Shown: positions 1-12,219, numbered from the stretch's first letter. The stretch is DNA of 16,163 bases from an uncultured Verrucomicrobiae bacterium (GCA_963788655.1 CAWBHS010000042.1:1-16163), one strand, 5' to 3'. Numbers and translations: made by a program. The notes: generated by a model not told the origin, from the letters alone.

Positions 1-2193
<2,193 letters not shown>

Positions 2194-2201
<8 letters not shown>

Positions 2202-2510
2202 AACGCTGACACTGATGCTGGCTGGCTGCCGCAGGCGCGGCTGCTCGGCGCGATTTTCTTCGGCGGCCTTTGGTGGACGGTGCGCAGGGGCGTTTCGTCC
2301 CCACGACCGGCGCTTTGGTTCTTCGGCAGCATGCTGCTGCGGATGAGCATTGTCCTGGCTGGATTTTATTTTGTCGGGCGCGGGCATTGGGAGCGGCTCG
2401 TGGCCTGTTTGCTTGGATTCATCATCGCGCGTTTCATCGTGATGCGGTTGACCCGCACGCCGGTCGAAAACCACAACTCCCGAGCGAAGGAGGCCAGCCA
2501 TGCGCCTTAG
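2194..2510 (+). CDS. atpR: N-ATPase AtpR subunit (frameshift near 2225-2240)
   Basis: MNETLTLMLA... joins LLGAIFFGGLWWTVRRG...WFFGSMLLRM...LLGFIIARFIV. It has the two intramembrane Arg residues typical of AtpR and lies between atpQ and atpB. Confidence 0.85.
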
Positions 2511-3202
2511 TCCCGATGAGATGATTTTCTGGCAACACGGGTTTTTCAAACTCAACGCGACGATTGTTTTCACGTGGGGACTGATGCTCGTCCTCGCCGT
2601 CGGTTCAAAACTCATCACGCGCAAACTGACCACCGAGCACACGCGTTCCCGCTGGCAGAACCTGTTGGAAATCGTCGTCACCGGCATCGCGAAACAAATC
2701 GAAGAAGTCGGCCTCCAGAACCCGAAGAAGTATATCGGTTTTCTGGGCACGCTCTTTCTGTTCGTCGCGCTGGCCAGCGTCTGCACCATCATTCCCGGCT
2801 ACGAACCGCCGACCGGCTCGCTCTCGACCACCGTGGCACTCGCGCTGTGCGTGTTTGTGGCCGTGCCGCTGTTCGGCATCGAGGACCAGGGCGTGGGCGG
2901 CTACCTCAAGTCCTACATCGAGCCGACGTTCATCATGCTGCCGTTCAATATCATCAGTGAGATCTCCCGCACGCTGGCCCTGGCCGTCCGCCTGTTCGGC
3001 AACATGATGAGCGGCGCGATGATCATCGGGATTCTGCTGACCATCACGCCCTTCATCTTTCCCATCGTGATGACGGTGCTCGGTCTGCTCACCGGCATGG
3101 TGCAGGCCTACATCTTTCAGCATCCTGGCCGCGGTTTACATCGCGGCCGCCACCCGCACGCGCCAGCCCAAGCTTGAGCCTGAGCCGGCAACCACAACTT
3201 GA
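2500..3202 (+). CDS. atpB: F0 subunit a (frameshift near 3117)
   Basis: PFNIISEISRTLALAVRLFGN and VQAYIF motifs. Removing one base gives ...FSILAAVYIAAATRTRQPKLEPEPATTT* ending at TGA 3200-3202. Confidence 0.93.
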
Positions 3203-3232
3203 AACAACAACGAATCAACCAAAGGACATATT

Positions 3233-3523
3233 ATGGATAGCATGACAATCATCGCGGTGGCATCAATTGTCACCGCCGGCATCACCACCGGTTTCGGCAC
3301 GATGGGGCCGGCGCTGGCGGAAGGGAAGGCGGTCGCGACCGCCCTGACTTCGCTGGCGCAGCAGCCCGACGCCTCCGCCACCATCACGCGAACCCTCTTC
3401 GTCGGTCTGGCGATGATCGAGTCCACGGCCATCTATTGCTTCGTGGTCTCGATGATTCTGATTTTCGCCAACCCGTTCTGGAATCACGTCATCGCCGCGG
3501 CAACCCAGGCGGCAGGAAAGTGA
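3233..3523 (+). CDS. atpE: F0 subunit c with Na+-type ligand set
   Basis: Hairpin with QQPD loop; PALAEG in helix 1 and ESTAIY in helix 2; SD AAGGA upstream. Confidence 0.96.
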   Translation: MDSMTIIAVASIVTAGITTGFGTMGPALAEGKAVATALTSLAQQPDASATITRTLFVGLAMIESTAIYCFVVSMILIFANPFWNHVIAAATQAAGK

Positions 3524-3527
3524 ACCT

Positions 3528-4374
3528 ATGCTGATTGACTGGTTCACCGTCGGTGCGCAGGCGCTCAACTTCCTCATCCTCGTGTGGTTGTTGAAGCGTT
3601 TTCTCTACAAACCCATCCTCAACGCCATTGACGCGCGGGAGAAGCGGATCGCCAAGGAACTCGCGGACGCCGACGCGAAAAAAGCCGAAGCTCAAAAGGA
3701 GCGCGACGAATTCCAGAAGAAGAACGAGGAGTTCGACCAGCAGCGCGCCGCTCTTTTGACCAAGGCGACAGACGAGGCAAAAACCGAACGCCAACGACTC
3801 CTCGACGAAGCCCGCAAGGCGGCCGACGCCCTGAGCGCCAAGCGACAGGAGACGCTGCGCAACGACGCCCACAATCTGAATCAAGCCATCGCGCGCCGGA
3901 CTCAAGACGAAGTGTTTGCCATCGCCCGCAAGGCGCTGACGGATCTCGCCACGACGAGTCTGGAAGAGCGGATGGGCGAAGTGTTCACGCGTCGTTTGCG
4001 CGAGATGGACGGCAAGGCGAAAGCCAGTCTCGGCGAGGCCCTGAAGACCGCGTCCGAGCCTGCACTCGTGCGCAGCGCTTTCGACCTGCCGGCGGAGCAA
4101 CGCGCGGCGATCCAAAATGCGCTCAACGAAACTTTCTCGGCTGACATTCACCTTCGGTTCGAGACCGCGCCGGACTTGGTCAGCGGGATCGAACTCACCA
4201 CGAATGGACAAAAAGTGGCCTGGAGCATCGCGGATTACCTCGCGTCGCTGGAAAAAGGCGTCGGCGAACTTCTGAAAGAGAAGGACAAGCCTCAAGCTCA
4301 AAGCCGAGCCAAAACCGGAAGCCAAGGTCGAACCTAAACCGAAAGAACCCGTGCTTGATACAAAGAGCCAATGA
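3528..4374 (+). CDS. atpF: N-ATPase subunit b (extended b with delta-like C-terminus). ORF stops at 4337 as sequenced; probable native stop at 4374
   Basis: [30 protein letters not shown], then a coiled coil and the C-terminal [13 protein letters not shown]...KVAWSI. The alternative-frame tail [24 protein letters not shown] ends in an ATGA overlap with atpA. Confidence 0.92.
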
Positions 4375-6093
4375 ACGCCGCGCCTGAAAATTTGCAGAGC
4401 GTCTTCGACCGCACGTTTGCCGGCATCAGCCAGGTGCGGGAAACCTTCACGCCGCAACTGACACCGCATGAGGTGGGCACGATCACCAGCGTTTCCACGG
4501 GTATCGCCCGGGTCTCGGGTCTGCCCAGCGTCGGCTTTGAGGAGTTGGTGAAATTTCCCGGCGGCGCGTTTGGCATCGCGTTCAATGTGGACGAGGACGA
4601 AATCGGCGTCGTGCTGCTCGGCGAATACTCGCATCTGCACGCGGGCGATGAGGTCGAGCGCACGGGCCGGGTCATGGACGTGGCCGTGGGCGAAGGATTG
4701 CTGGGACGCGTCATTGACCCGCTCGGTCGGCCGCTGGATGCCAATGGGCCGGTGGCCGCCAGCGAGCGATTGCCCATCGAACGCCCGGCGGCGGCCATCA
4801 TGGATCGCGCGCCCGTCACCGTGCCGCTCCAGACCGGCCTCAAAGTCATTGATGCGCTCATTCCCATCGGGCACGGCCAGCGCGAGTTGATTCTGGGTGA
4901 CCGCCGGACAGGCAAAACGGCCATTGCGCTCGACACCATCCTCAACCAGCGCGACCGGAATGTCGTGTGCGTCTATTGTGCCATCGGCCAGCGCGCGTCC
5001 GCCGTCGCCAAGGTCGTGGCCAACCTCCGCGAAAAGGGCGCGATGGATTACACCGTGGTGGTCGTGACCGAGGGCAACGATCCGCCCGGGTCTTGCCTAC
5101 ATCGCGCCTTACGCCGCGACCAGCATCGCGGAGCATTTCATGGAAGCGGGTCGCGACGTGCTCATCGTGTATGACGACCTCACCCACCATGCCCGCGCCT
5201 ATCGCGAACTTTCCCTCCTGCTCCGCCGTCCACCCGGACGCGAGGCTTTTCCCGGTGACATTTTCTACATCCACTCGCGCCTGCTCGAACGCGCCACCCA
5301 TCTGAGCAAGGAACGCGGCGGCGGTTCGCTCACCGCGCTCCCCATCATCGAAACCGAGGCGCAGAACATTTCCGCCTACATTCCGACCAACCTGATTTCC
5401 ATCACGGACGGTCAGATTTACCTTTCGCCGTCGCTGTTCGAATTGGGCGTGCTGCCGGCGGTGGATGTCGCCAAATCCGTTTCGCGCGTCGGCGGCAAGG
5501 CGCAACAGGCGGCCTACCGCGCCGTGGCGGGCGACCTCAAACTCGCCTACGCGCAGTTCGAGGAACTCGAAACCTTTGCCCGGTTCGGCGCGCGCCTGGA
5601 TGAAGACACCCGCAAGATCATCGAGCATGGACGGCGCATCCGCGCCTGCCTCAAGCAACCGGAATTCTCTCCGGTGTCCGTGCCCGCACAAATCGCCGTG
5701 CTGCTGGCCTTGACCGCGGAACTTTTCGATCCCGTGCCACTGGACCGGATGACGGACGCCGAGCACGCCGTGCATGAGGCCGCGACGAAGATTCCGGCGG
5801 AGATCTGCGCACGGTTCGAAACCGCCAAAAAGTTGAGCGATGAGGATCGCAAAGTGATCATTGAACTCGCGCGCCAGGCGCTCGCGCCTTTCCAGCCCAA
5901 ACCGGAAGCCAAACCTGACGAGCCTGACCAAAAAACCGAAACGAAACCCAAACCGGAAGGAAAGGACGGGAACAAGTCGGAATCCAAACCGAACAAGTCC
6001 ACGCCGGAGTCCGAAGCCAAGCCTCGCAAAAAACTGATTCCAAGCCGGAAGCGCCAAACGCCAACCCCGAAAAAACAAATACTCAAACCATGA
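4371..6093 (+). CDS. atpA: F1 subunit alpha (frameshift near 5090)
   Basis: ORFs 4371-5174 and 5140-6093 join via [19 protein letters not shown]. Motifs [39 protein letters not shown] and SVSRVG are present. Confidence 0.96.
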
Positions 6094-6781
6094 GACACGC
6101 TGAAAAACACCGAACCCATCGAATCGGGTGGCTCCGCGCCGCCGTGCTCGGCGCCAACGACGGCATTGTCTCCACGGCCAGTTTGATCGTGGGCGTGGCC
6201 GCCGCCGAATCCAGCCGCAGCAGCGTGCTGGTCGCCGGCATGGCCGGGTTGGTGGCGGGCGCGATGTCGATGGCTGCCGGCGAATATGTGTCCGTCAGTT
6301 CCCAAGCCGATACGGAGCACGCCGACCTGGAACGGGAGCGTGAAGAGTTGGCGACGGACGGTGAAAGCGAACACGCAGAACTGGCCGCCATCTATGTGAA
6401 GCGGGGACTCGACGCAGACGCTGGCCAGCCAGGTCGCCACGCAGTTGATGGCCAAGGACGCCCTGGGTGCCCACGCCCGCGATGAACTGGGAATCTCCGA
6501 TACCCTGAGCGCGCGGCCGGTTCAGGCCGCCTTCGCCTCGGCGGGCAGTTTCACCGTCGGTGCCTTCCTGCCGCTCGTGCTGGTTCTCCTCGTGCCCGAT
6601 CCGCCTTGGTCTGGACGGTGTCCGGCGGCTCGCTTGCTGTTCCTCGCCCTGCTGGGTTCCCTGGCGGCCCGCGCCGGCGGCTCACCCGTGTGGATTTCAG
6701 TCGCTCGAGTGACTTTTTGGGGTGCGTTGGCCATGGCGTCTGACCGCCGGGGTGGGAGCTTTGTTTGGAGCGACACTTTGA
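6090..6781 (+). CDS. VIT1/CCC1 family Fe2+/Mn2+ transporter (several apparent frameshifts)
   Basis: [67 protein letters not shown]. The reconstructed end is [19 protein letters not shown] at TGA 6779-6781. Confidence 0.92.
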
Positions 6782-6801
6782 GCGATCGACCAGACTTTAC
6801 C

Positions 6802-7696
6802 ATGAGCGACACCACGGCCAGCCTGCGTCGGAAGATCAGCAGCGCCGGCGATCTCCAATCCGTCGTCCGCACGATGAAAGCCCTGGCCGCTTCGAGCATC
6901 GGGCAATACGAGAAATCCGTGCGCGCTTTGGGTGACTACTATCGCACCGTGGAGCTTGGGCTGGGCGCGTGCTTTCGCGAAAACGAGCCAGCGGCCCTGA
7001 CGGTGGAACGGAAAGGACAAACCGATGCGGGTGCCATCGGCGCGGTTGTGTTCGGCTCCGACCAAGGACTGGTGGGCCAGTTCAATGACGTGGTGGCCGA
7101 TTTTGCGGTGAAGACCCTCGCCGCTCTGCCCGGCAAATCCCAAGTCTGGGCCGTCGGCGAGCGCGTTCATGCGCGCCTGGCGGACGCGGGCCTGCCGCTG
7201 GTCGGCCTCTTCACCGTGCCGAATTCCGTCAAAACCATCACCCCGCTCGTCGGGCAGATTCTTGTCGAGCACGAGACACATCACGACCGGGGCGAAGTCA
7301 CCGAACTCCACCTCTTCTACAACCGCCCCACGTCCGGGAGCGGTTTATGCGCCCGTCCATCAGCGACTGCTCCCGCTGGACGAAACCTGGCGTCGCAAGC
7401 TGGCCGACCTTCCCTGGCCGACGAAGAACTTGCCCGAGGTCATGGGCGAGGGCACCGAGACCTTGCGGGCGCTGATCCGCGAATATCTTTTCGTCTCACT
7501 CTTCCGCGCGTGCGCTGAATCCCTCGCGAGCGAGAACGCGAGCCGCCTGGCAGCCATGCAGCGCGCCGACAAGAACATTGATGAACTGCTGGAGACGCTC
7601 CACGGCACGTTCCACCGTCTGCGCCAGAGCGGCATTGACGAGGAACTGTTCGACGTGATCTCCGGCTTCGAGGCGCTGGCCGGATCGCGTCGGTGA
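6802..7696 (+). CDS. atpG: F1 subunit gamma (frameshift near 7340)
   Basis: LRRKISSAGDLQSVVRTMKALAA, VFGSDQGLVGQFN, ESLASENASRLAAMQRADKNI, RQSGIDEELFDVISGFEAL. Confidence 0.95.
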
Positions 7697-7832
7697 CGAG
7701 CCGCGAAGTGGATCTCCGAATTGGCCGAACACACCAGTGGGCCTGCTGGGCGGGATGGTGTTTCAGAATTTTGCGCTGTAACTGAGGCTGACTGCCGCCG
7801 TCCAACTCCGGGCGCAGGGCGCCCTCAGGAAA

Positions 7833-7878
7833 GGTAGGGTTATACCCCATAGCGAAGGGCCTGCCTTCAGCTTAGCGT
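7833..7878 (+). promoter_or_regulatory. Palindromic box copy 1 (7833-7853) plus -10-like TAGCGT (7873-7878)
   Basis: Exact GGTAGGGTTATACCCCATAGC; intergenic; upstream of ATG 7928. Confidence 0.8.
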
Positions 7879-7927
7879 GTCACCAGCGGTCAAACGTAAA
7901 ACGCAAACTGTGAAATACCAGAATATT

Positions 7928-8394
7928 ATGAAATCCCTCGCGATTACCTTCTTCGCCATCACGGCCTTCGCGGTGGGCTGTAAACCGTCGGCGGAATCTT
8001 CGGCGACCAAAACCGGAGCAGCCACCTCGCAGCAGATCGACAAGGTCCAGGCAGAAACAGAACAAGCCGCGCAGGATATGAAGGATTATACCTTCGCGCA
8101 AAAAGCTGAATTCATCGAAACAATGCAGAGCCAGTTGGCCGAGATCAACGGGATCTGGACCAGCTCGCCGCCAAAATCGAAAAATCCAGCGACGCGGTCA
8201 AAGCCGAAGCCAAACCCAAACTTCAGGCGCTGCGCGATCAAACGGCCCAGTTGAACAAGCAGCTTGACGAGGCCAAGAACGCCACCGAGTCCACCTGGGA
8301 CAGCGTCAAAGGCGGCTTCAAGAAGGGCTACGAAGCGTCGAAGGAAGGGTTCAACCAAGCGCGCCAGTGGGTGAGCGACAAAATCGCGCCTTAA
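7928..8394 (+). CDS. Predicted alpha-helical lipoprotein (frameshift near 8150)
   Basis: Signal peptide with lipobox FAVGC. It continues after a frameshift as DLDQLAAKIEKSSDAVKAEAKPKLQALR...ATESTWDSVKGGFKKGYE...WVSDKIAP* to TAA 8392-8394. Confidence 0.8.
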
Positions 8395-8496
8395 CTCGAG
8401 TGGGCGGGCCCAAGAACCAAACCGATGGATCGCCATTGGTTGGTGCGGAAGCGCGCCCACCGGCGGTGGTTCCAGAAAACTGAAAGAAAAACAATT

Positions 8497-8649
8497 ATGT
8501 TATACACCATTGCGGTGGTCATCCTCCTCCTGTGGTTGCTTGGTCTGGTGACCAGTTACACGATGGGAGGGTTAATCCATGTCTTGCTGGTAGTTGCCAT
8601 CATCATGGTGCTGTTCAACCTTTTATTCGGACGCCGGCGCGCCGGCTGA
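8497..8649 (+). CDS. lmo0937-like small membrane protein (50 aa)
   Basis: MLYTIAVVILLLWLLGLVTSYTMGGLIHVLLVVAII matches the family pattern; an A-rich leader precedes ATG 8497. Confidence 0.85.
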   Translation: MLYTIAVVILLLWLLGLVTSYTMGGLIHVLLVVAIIMVLFNLLFGRRRAG

Positions 8650-8700
8650 AGGAACTGACACGCGGATCGACATCAACCACCCACTCATTGAAATACTGTT

Positions 8701-8908
8701 ATGAATAAAATCATTTCCCTGGCCCTACTCATTGGCGGAGTGGTGCTCATCATCTTTGGGATTCAGGCCACGGACTCCTTCAGCTCGGACGTTTCCCGGT
8801 TCTTTACCGGTTCGCCGACGGACAAGGCCATCTGGATGCTCATCGGAGGCATCCATCACCGCCATCGTAGGTCTGACGATGACATTGCGCGGTTCGAAAC
8901 CGAGTTGA
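8701..8908 (+). CDS. DUF3185-like small membrane protein (frameshift near 8853)
   Basis: SFSSDVSRFFTGSPTDKAIWMLIGG signature between two TM helices; corrected end is TGA 8906-8908. Confidence 0.82.
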
Positions 8909-9000
8909 ACCAGTAGGCGGCCGCACGGCGAAGAGAGGCAGCCTCCTTGTTTCGGCGACCCTCACGGCGGCCGGACTCTCTTCCCGGGCCGCAGACATCC

Positions 9001-9794
9001 ATGCGCGCCATTACGCAGACTGGGGGAGATTGTTTGGGCGCAGTGGGATGAACTGCGGCATGCGGCGGCGGTGATCGGGACCGTCGCTGGGCCTTGGAGT
9101 TCAACCGCGGTCCTGGGCGCGCCCGGTGCGGAAGCTCTTCGCGCGGCAGGTACTGGCCATCGGGGTCGAACCGCTCGGGTTTGTCTGCGCGGTGGCGGTG
9201 TTTGTCGGCATTTCGGTGGTGGTGCAACTCACTTTCTGGACCGGCCAAGCCGGGCAGTCACAACTGCTCGGGCCGCTGCTGGTGGCCGTCGTGGCGCGCG
9301 AACTCGGCCCGCTGCTGATCAACATCATCGTGATCGTCCGCAGCAGCAGCGCGATGGCCACCGAACTGGGCGTCCTCAAAATCAACGGGGAAGTCCGCGC
9401 CCTGGAAGCGCAGGGAAACGATCCGTTCGTGCATCTGGTGATGCCGCGCGTGCTGGGCATGGCGGTGTCCACGTTTTGCCTGACGATTGTTTTTATCCTC
9501 GTCGCCTTTGCGAGCGGCTATCTGTTCGCGGCCTGGATGGGGACGGGCAGTCGTGATTGTCTTGCTGTTCGCGGACACCGTGCTCAACGCGCTGTTCGCC
9601 CCAGGACATGTTCAACATCCTTGCCAAGAGCATCCTGCCCGCCCTGTTTGCCAGTGCGTCCTGTTGCATTGGCGGGCTGGGCGTGGGCGGCGTCGGTCAC
9701 GGAAATCCCGCACGCCACGCAACGGGCGCTCACCCGCTCCGTCGCCGGACTGTTTGTCATTTCGGCCGTGGTATCACTGCTGACCTACCTGTGA
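9001..9794 (+). CDS. MlaE-family ABC permease (several apparent frameshifts)
   Basis: VARELGPLL..IIVIVRSSSAMATELGVLKINGEVRALEAQGNDPFVHLVMPRV is the MlaE/DUF140 signature; the start at ATG 9001 is inferred. Confidence 0.88.
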
Positions 9795-9796
9795 CC

Positions 9797-9862
9797 ATGA
9801 ACGAACCGACCGGCATGCTGAATGCGCGCGACGTGACCGAGGCGGCAACCGAGGCCAACTGA
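9797..9862 (+). pseudogene. 21-codon ORF, possible remnant of an internally deleted ABC ATPase gene
   Basis: MNEPTGMLNARDVTEAATEAN*; starts 2 nt after the mlaE stop and its TGA overlaps the mlaD ATG; occupies the usual ATPase slot. Confidence 0.4.
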
Positions 9863-10864
9863 TGGAAGAGCGCTTTAAATTCCGGCACGTCCATGCAATC
9901 ACCGGCACGTTCGTGCTGGTCGTGGTCGCCGTGCTGATCGCCGCCGTGGTGTGGACGGGTCGCAGCCAGCGCTGGTTCATAAGCAATGTCACCCTGCGGA
10001 TCGTTTTGCCCGAGGCCGGCGCGGCGGGAATCCGGCAGGGATCGGAGGTTTACTTCCTGGGCACACTCGTAGGGTCGGTTTCCGATGTCATTGTGGACAC
10101 GACGGGCCGGATGGAAGCCCAGGCAACCATCCGCCGCGACTTCTTCCGGTTCGTGCGCGCGGATTCATCCGCGGTCGTCAAAAAGAAATTCGGCGTGGCG
10201 GGCGATTCCTTTTTTGAGATCACGCGCGGCCAGGGCCGGCCGTTGCCGGAGAAGAACGCTTCCATTGATTGCCGGGAATTGCCCGGCACGCTGGAAGCCG
10301 CGATTGAGGAAGTCCGCAGTGCCAGCTTTGCCGGTGCTCAAAAAGCTGAGCGCGGGCCTCGACACGTGGACCGTGCTCGGCACGAACCTGATCACCACGC
10401 GGGAGCGGTTGGACCAACTCCTTGCTCGCGTGGACAGCATCGCCGCCGACCTCCAGCAGGGCAAAGGCACCGCCGGCAAACTGATCACCGACACCGCGCT
10501 GGCGGACGAGGCGCAAACCCTCCTGGCGCGGGCGAACGAAGCGATGAGCGAGTTGCGAGCCGTGGCGACGAACCTGAACGTCGCGGTGAAGAACGTGCAA
10601 AACGGCACCGCCCGCCTGCCGGAAATCACCGACGCCGTGGCCAACGAGGCGAAAGATCTGCCCGGCTTGGTCGAGCAAACGCAGATTTCGATGCGCGAAG
10701 TCGAGCGGTTGGTGGAAGCGATGCAACGACACTGGCTCTTGCGCAAATACGTGAACCACACGAATCCGCCGCCCTTGCGACCGTGGCCGACGAGCCAGGA
10801 ACCGGCCACCAAGCCGGTGAAGGTGTTCCGTTCGCCGCGGGATTCGGGGAGTTCGGGGAGGTGA
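9862..10864 (+). CDS. MlaD/MCE-domain protein (frameshift near 10322)
   Basis: N-terminal TM, then AAGIRQGSEVYFLGTLVGSVSDV and SSAVVKKKFGVAGDSFFEITRG (MCE domain), then a helical region with GKGTAGKLITD and HWLLR. Confidence 0.9.
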
Positions 10865-10868
10865 CCAC

Positions 10869-10914
10869 GGTAGGGTTATACCCCATAGCCCGTGGCCAAC
10901 TGAAGGCGTAGCGT
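10869..10914 (+). promoter_or_regulatory. Palindromic box copy 2 (10869-10889) plus -10-like TAGCGT (10909-10914)
   Basis: Exact 21-mer; same 40-nt offset to TAGCGT as copies 1 and 6. Confidence 0.8.
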
Positions 10915-10959
10915 GACCTTGTAATAAAAGCGAAAACGCACAAACGAAAGTGAACAAAT

Positions 10960-11211
10960 ATGCCATTAACTACAATTGTCATCACGCTGATTGTCGCCGG
11001 AGTCTTGCTCTGGCTCATCAACAACTACATTCCCATGGATGGTAAGATCAAAAAGATCCTCAACCTCGTGGTGGTGGTCGTGGTGGTCCTGTGGCTGCTC
11101 AATGTGTTTGGCGTGTGGGACCAACTCCGCAACCTTCGGACCTCCATTCAAGCGCCGACCTTGGCCGGGCTCACCTGCGGTGTCGGCACCCCATCTGAAG
11201 CAACCCTGTGA
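10960..11211 (+). CDS. Thivi_2564-like small membrane protein
   Basis: LIVAGVLLWLINNYIPMDGKIKKILNLVVVVVVVLWLLNVFG; two TM helices; A-rich leader. Confidence 0.82.
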   Translation: MPLTTIVITLIVAGVLLWLINNYIPMDGKIKKILNLVVVVVVVLWLLNVFGVWDQLRNLRTSIQAPTLAGLTCGVGTPSEATL

Positions 11212-11325
11212 AGCGGATTTGAAAATTAACTCGCCCACCGGCAGCCGAAACCACACTACACCGAAGACACTGGCCGACCGGCACGGCGACCAGGCAGACT
11301 GAGTCAAGCATTCCAGCACCCGAAC

Positions 11326-11703
11326 ATGAAGACACCGTTCGCTTACGGTAAAGCTGATTTCTTGACCGGCCTGGCGGTGGTGCTCCCGGCGGCGGTTTCC
11401 ATCGGGATCGTCGTCTGGCTGTTTGGCACGGTGGCCAATTTCACAGACACTTTGCTGCTGTTCGTGCCCAGGGCCTGGACCCATGCGCGGAACGGCCTGG
11501 GGCCGATGCACCTTTACTGGAGCGTGATGGCCCTGGTGGTGGCGATCCTGTTGGTGGGACTGGTGGGCCGACTCGCCCGTTACTATTTGGGCAAGAAGTT
11601 GATTCAAGTCGTGGACATGGTCCTCATGCGTGTGCCCCTGCTCAATAGGATTTACAGCGCCCTGAAGCAAATCAACCACGCCTTCACTTCCAACCACGCC
11701 TAA
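11326..11703 (+). CDS. DUF502-like membrane protein, N-terminal half only
   Basis: FLTGLAVVLP...VGLVGRLARYYLGKKLI...LMRVPLLNRIYSALKQI; stops before the usual C-terminal soluble part. Confidence 0.7.
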   Translation: MKTPFAYGKADFLTGLAVVLPAAVSIGIVVWLFGTVANFTDTLLLFVPRAWTHARNGLGPMHLYWSVMALVVAILLVGLVGRLARYYLGKKLIQVVDMVLMRVPLLNRIYSALKQINHAFTSNHA

Positions 11704-11780
11704 ACTCAATCGACTCCATGAACCAAGGGATAGAACCACCTCGCACCGGGATCGCCTGACCGGTTGACGAAAGAACCGCG

Positions 11781-12104
11781 ATGACCAACACGCTCACAAA
11801 CGGCGGAATTGTTTTAGTACCAGTTCGCTTGGAGTTCACGCATCCGACCGCCCGCACCGTTGGGGTCGCCGGAACGTTCCACGACTGGCGGTCAAAAACC
11901 AAGTCCATGGTTTCCCTGGGCAACGGTCGATGGCGGAAAGAAATGGTCTTGCCGCCCGGCACTTATGAATATTGCCTGGTCGTGGACGGCCAATGCCGAC
12001 CTGATCCGCTGGCCAAGGAGACAGTGCCCGACCCGTTCGGGGGGATGAACTCACTGCTGAAAGTGGGCCGGGGTGCCCAATGCCGGCCTTCGCAAGATGA
12101 TTGA
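11781..12104 (+). CDS. Glycogen-binding (AMPK-beta CBM48 / isoamylase early-set) domain protein, paralog 1
   Basis: VGVAGTFHDW...GRWRKEMVLPPGTYEYCLVVDGQ..PDP...DPFGGMNSLLKV. Confidence 0.85.
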   Translation: MTNTLTNGGIVLVPVRLEFTHPTARTVGVAGTFHDWRSKTKSMVSLGNGRWRKEMVLPPGTYEYCLVVDGQCRPDPLAKETVPDPFGGMNSLLKVGRGAQCRPSQDD

Positions 12105-12165
12105 TCGACGGGAAGTTACCTGCCTCAATCTGGATCCAAAATCTCCGACTCCTTTGGCTCAGGCA

Positions 12166-12212
12166 GGTAGGGTTATACCCCATAGCGCCCGTCGGAGGTT
12201 CCATATTAAAGT
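12166..12212 (+). promoter_or_regulatory. Palindromic box copy 3 (12166-12186) plus -10-like TAAAGT (12207-12212)
   Basis: Exact 21-mer; intergenic; upstream of the receiver and BON genes. Confidence 0.78.
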
Positions 12213-12219
12213 TGGTGCC

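Noticed and set aside
6445..7518. Apparent VIT1-AtpG fusion ORF (357 aa)
   Set aside because: It arises from a one-base shift near 6739. The correct VIT C-terminus and stop (6779-6781) are visible in the adjacent frame, and atpG has its own ATG at 6802.
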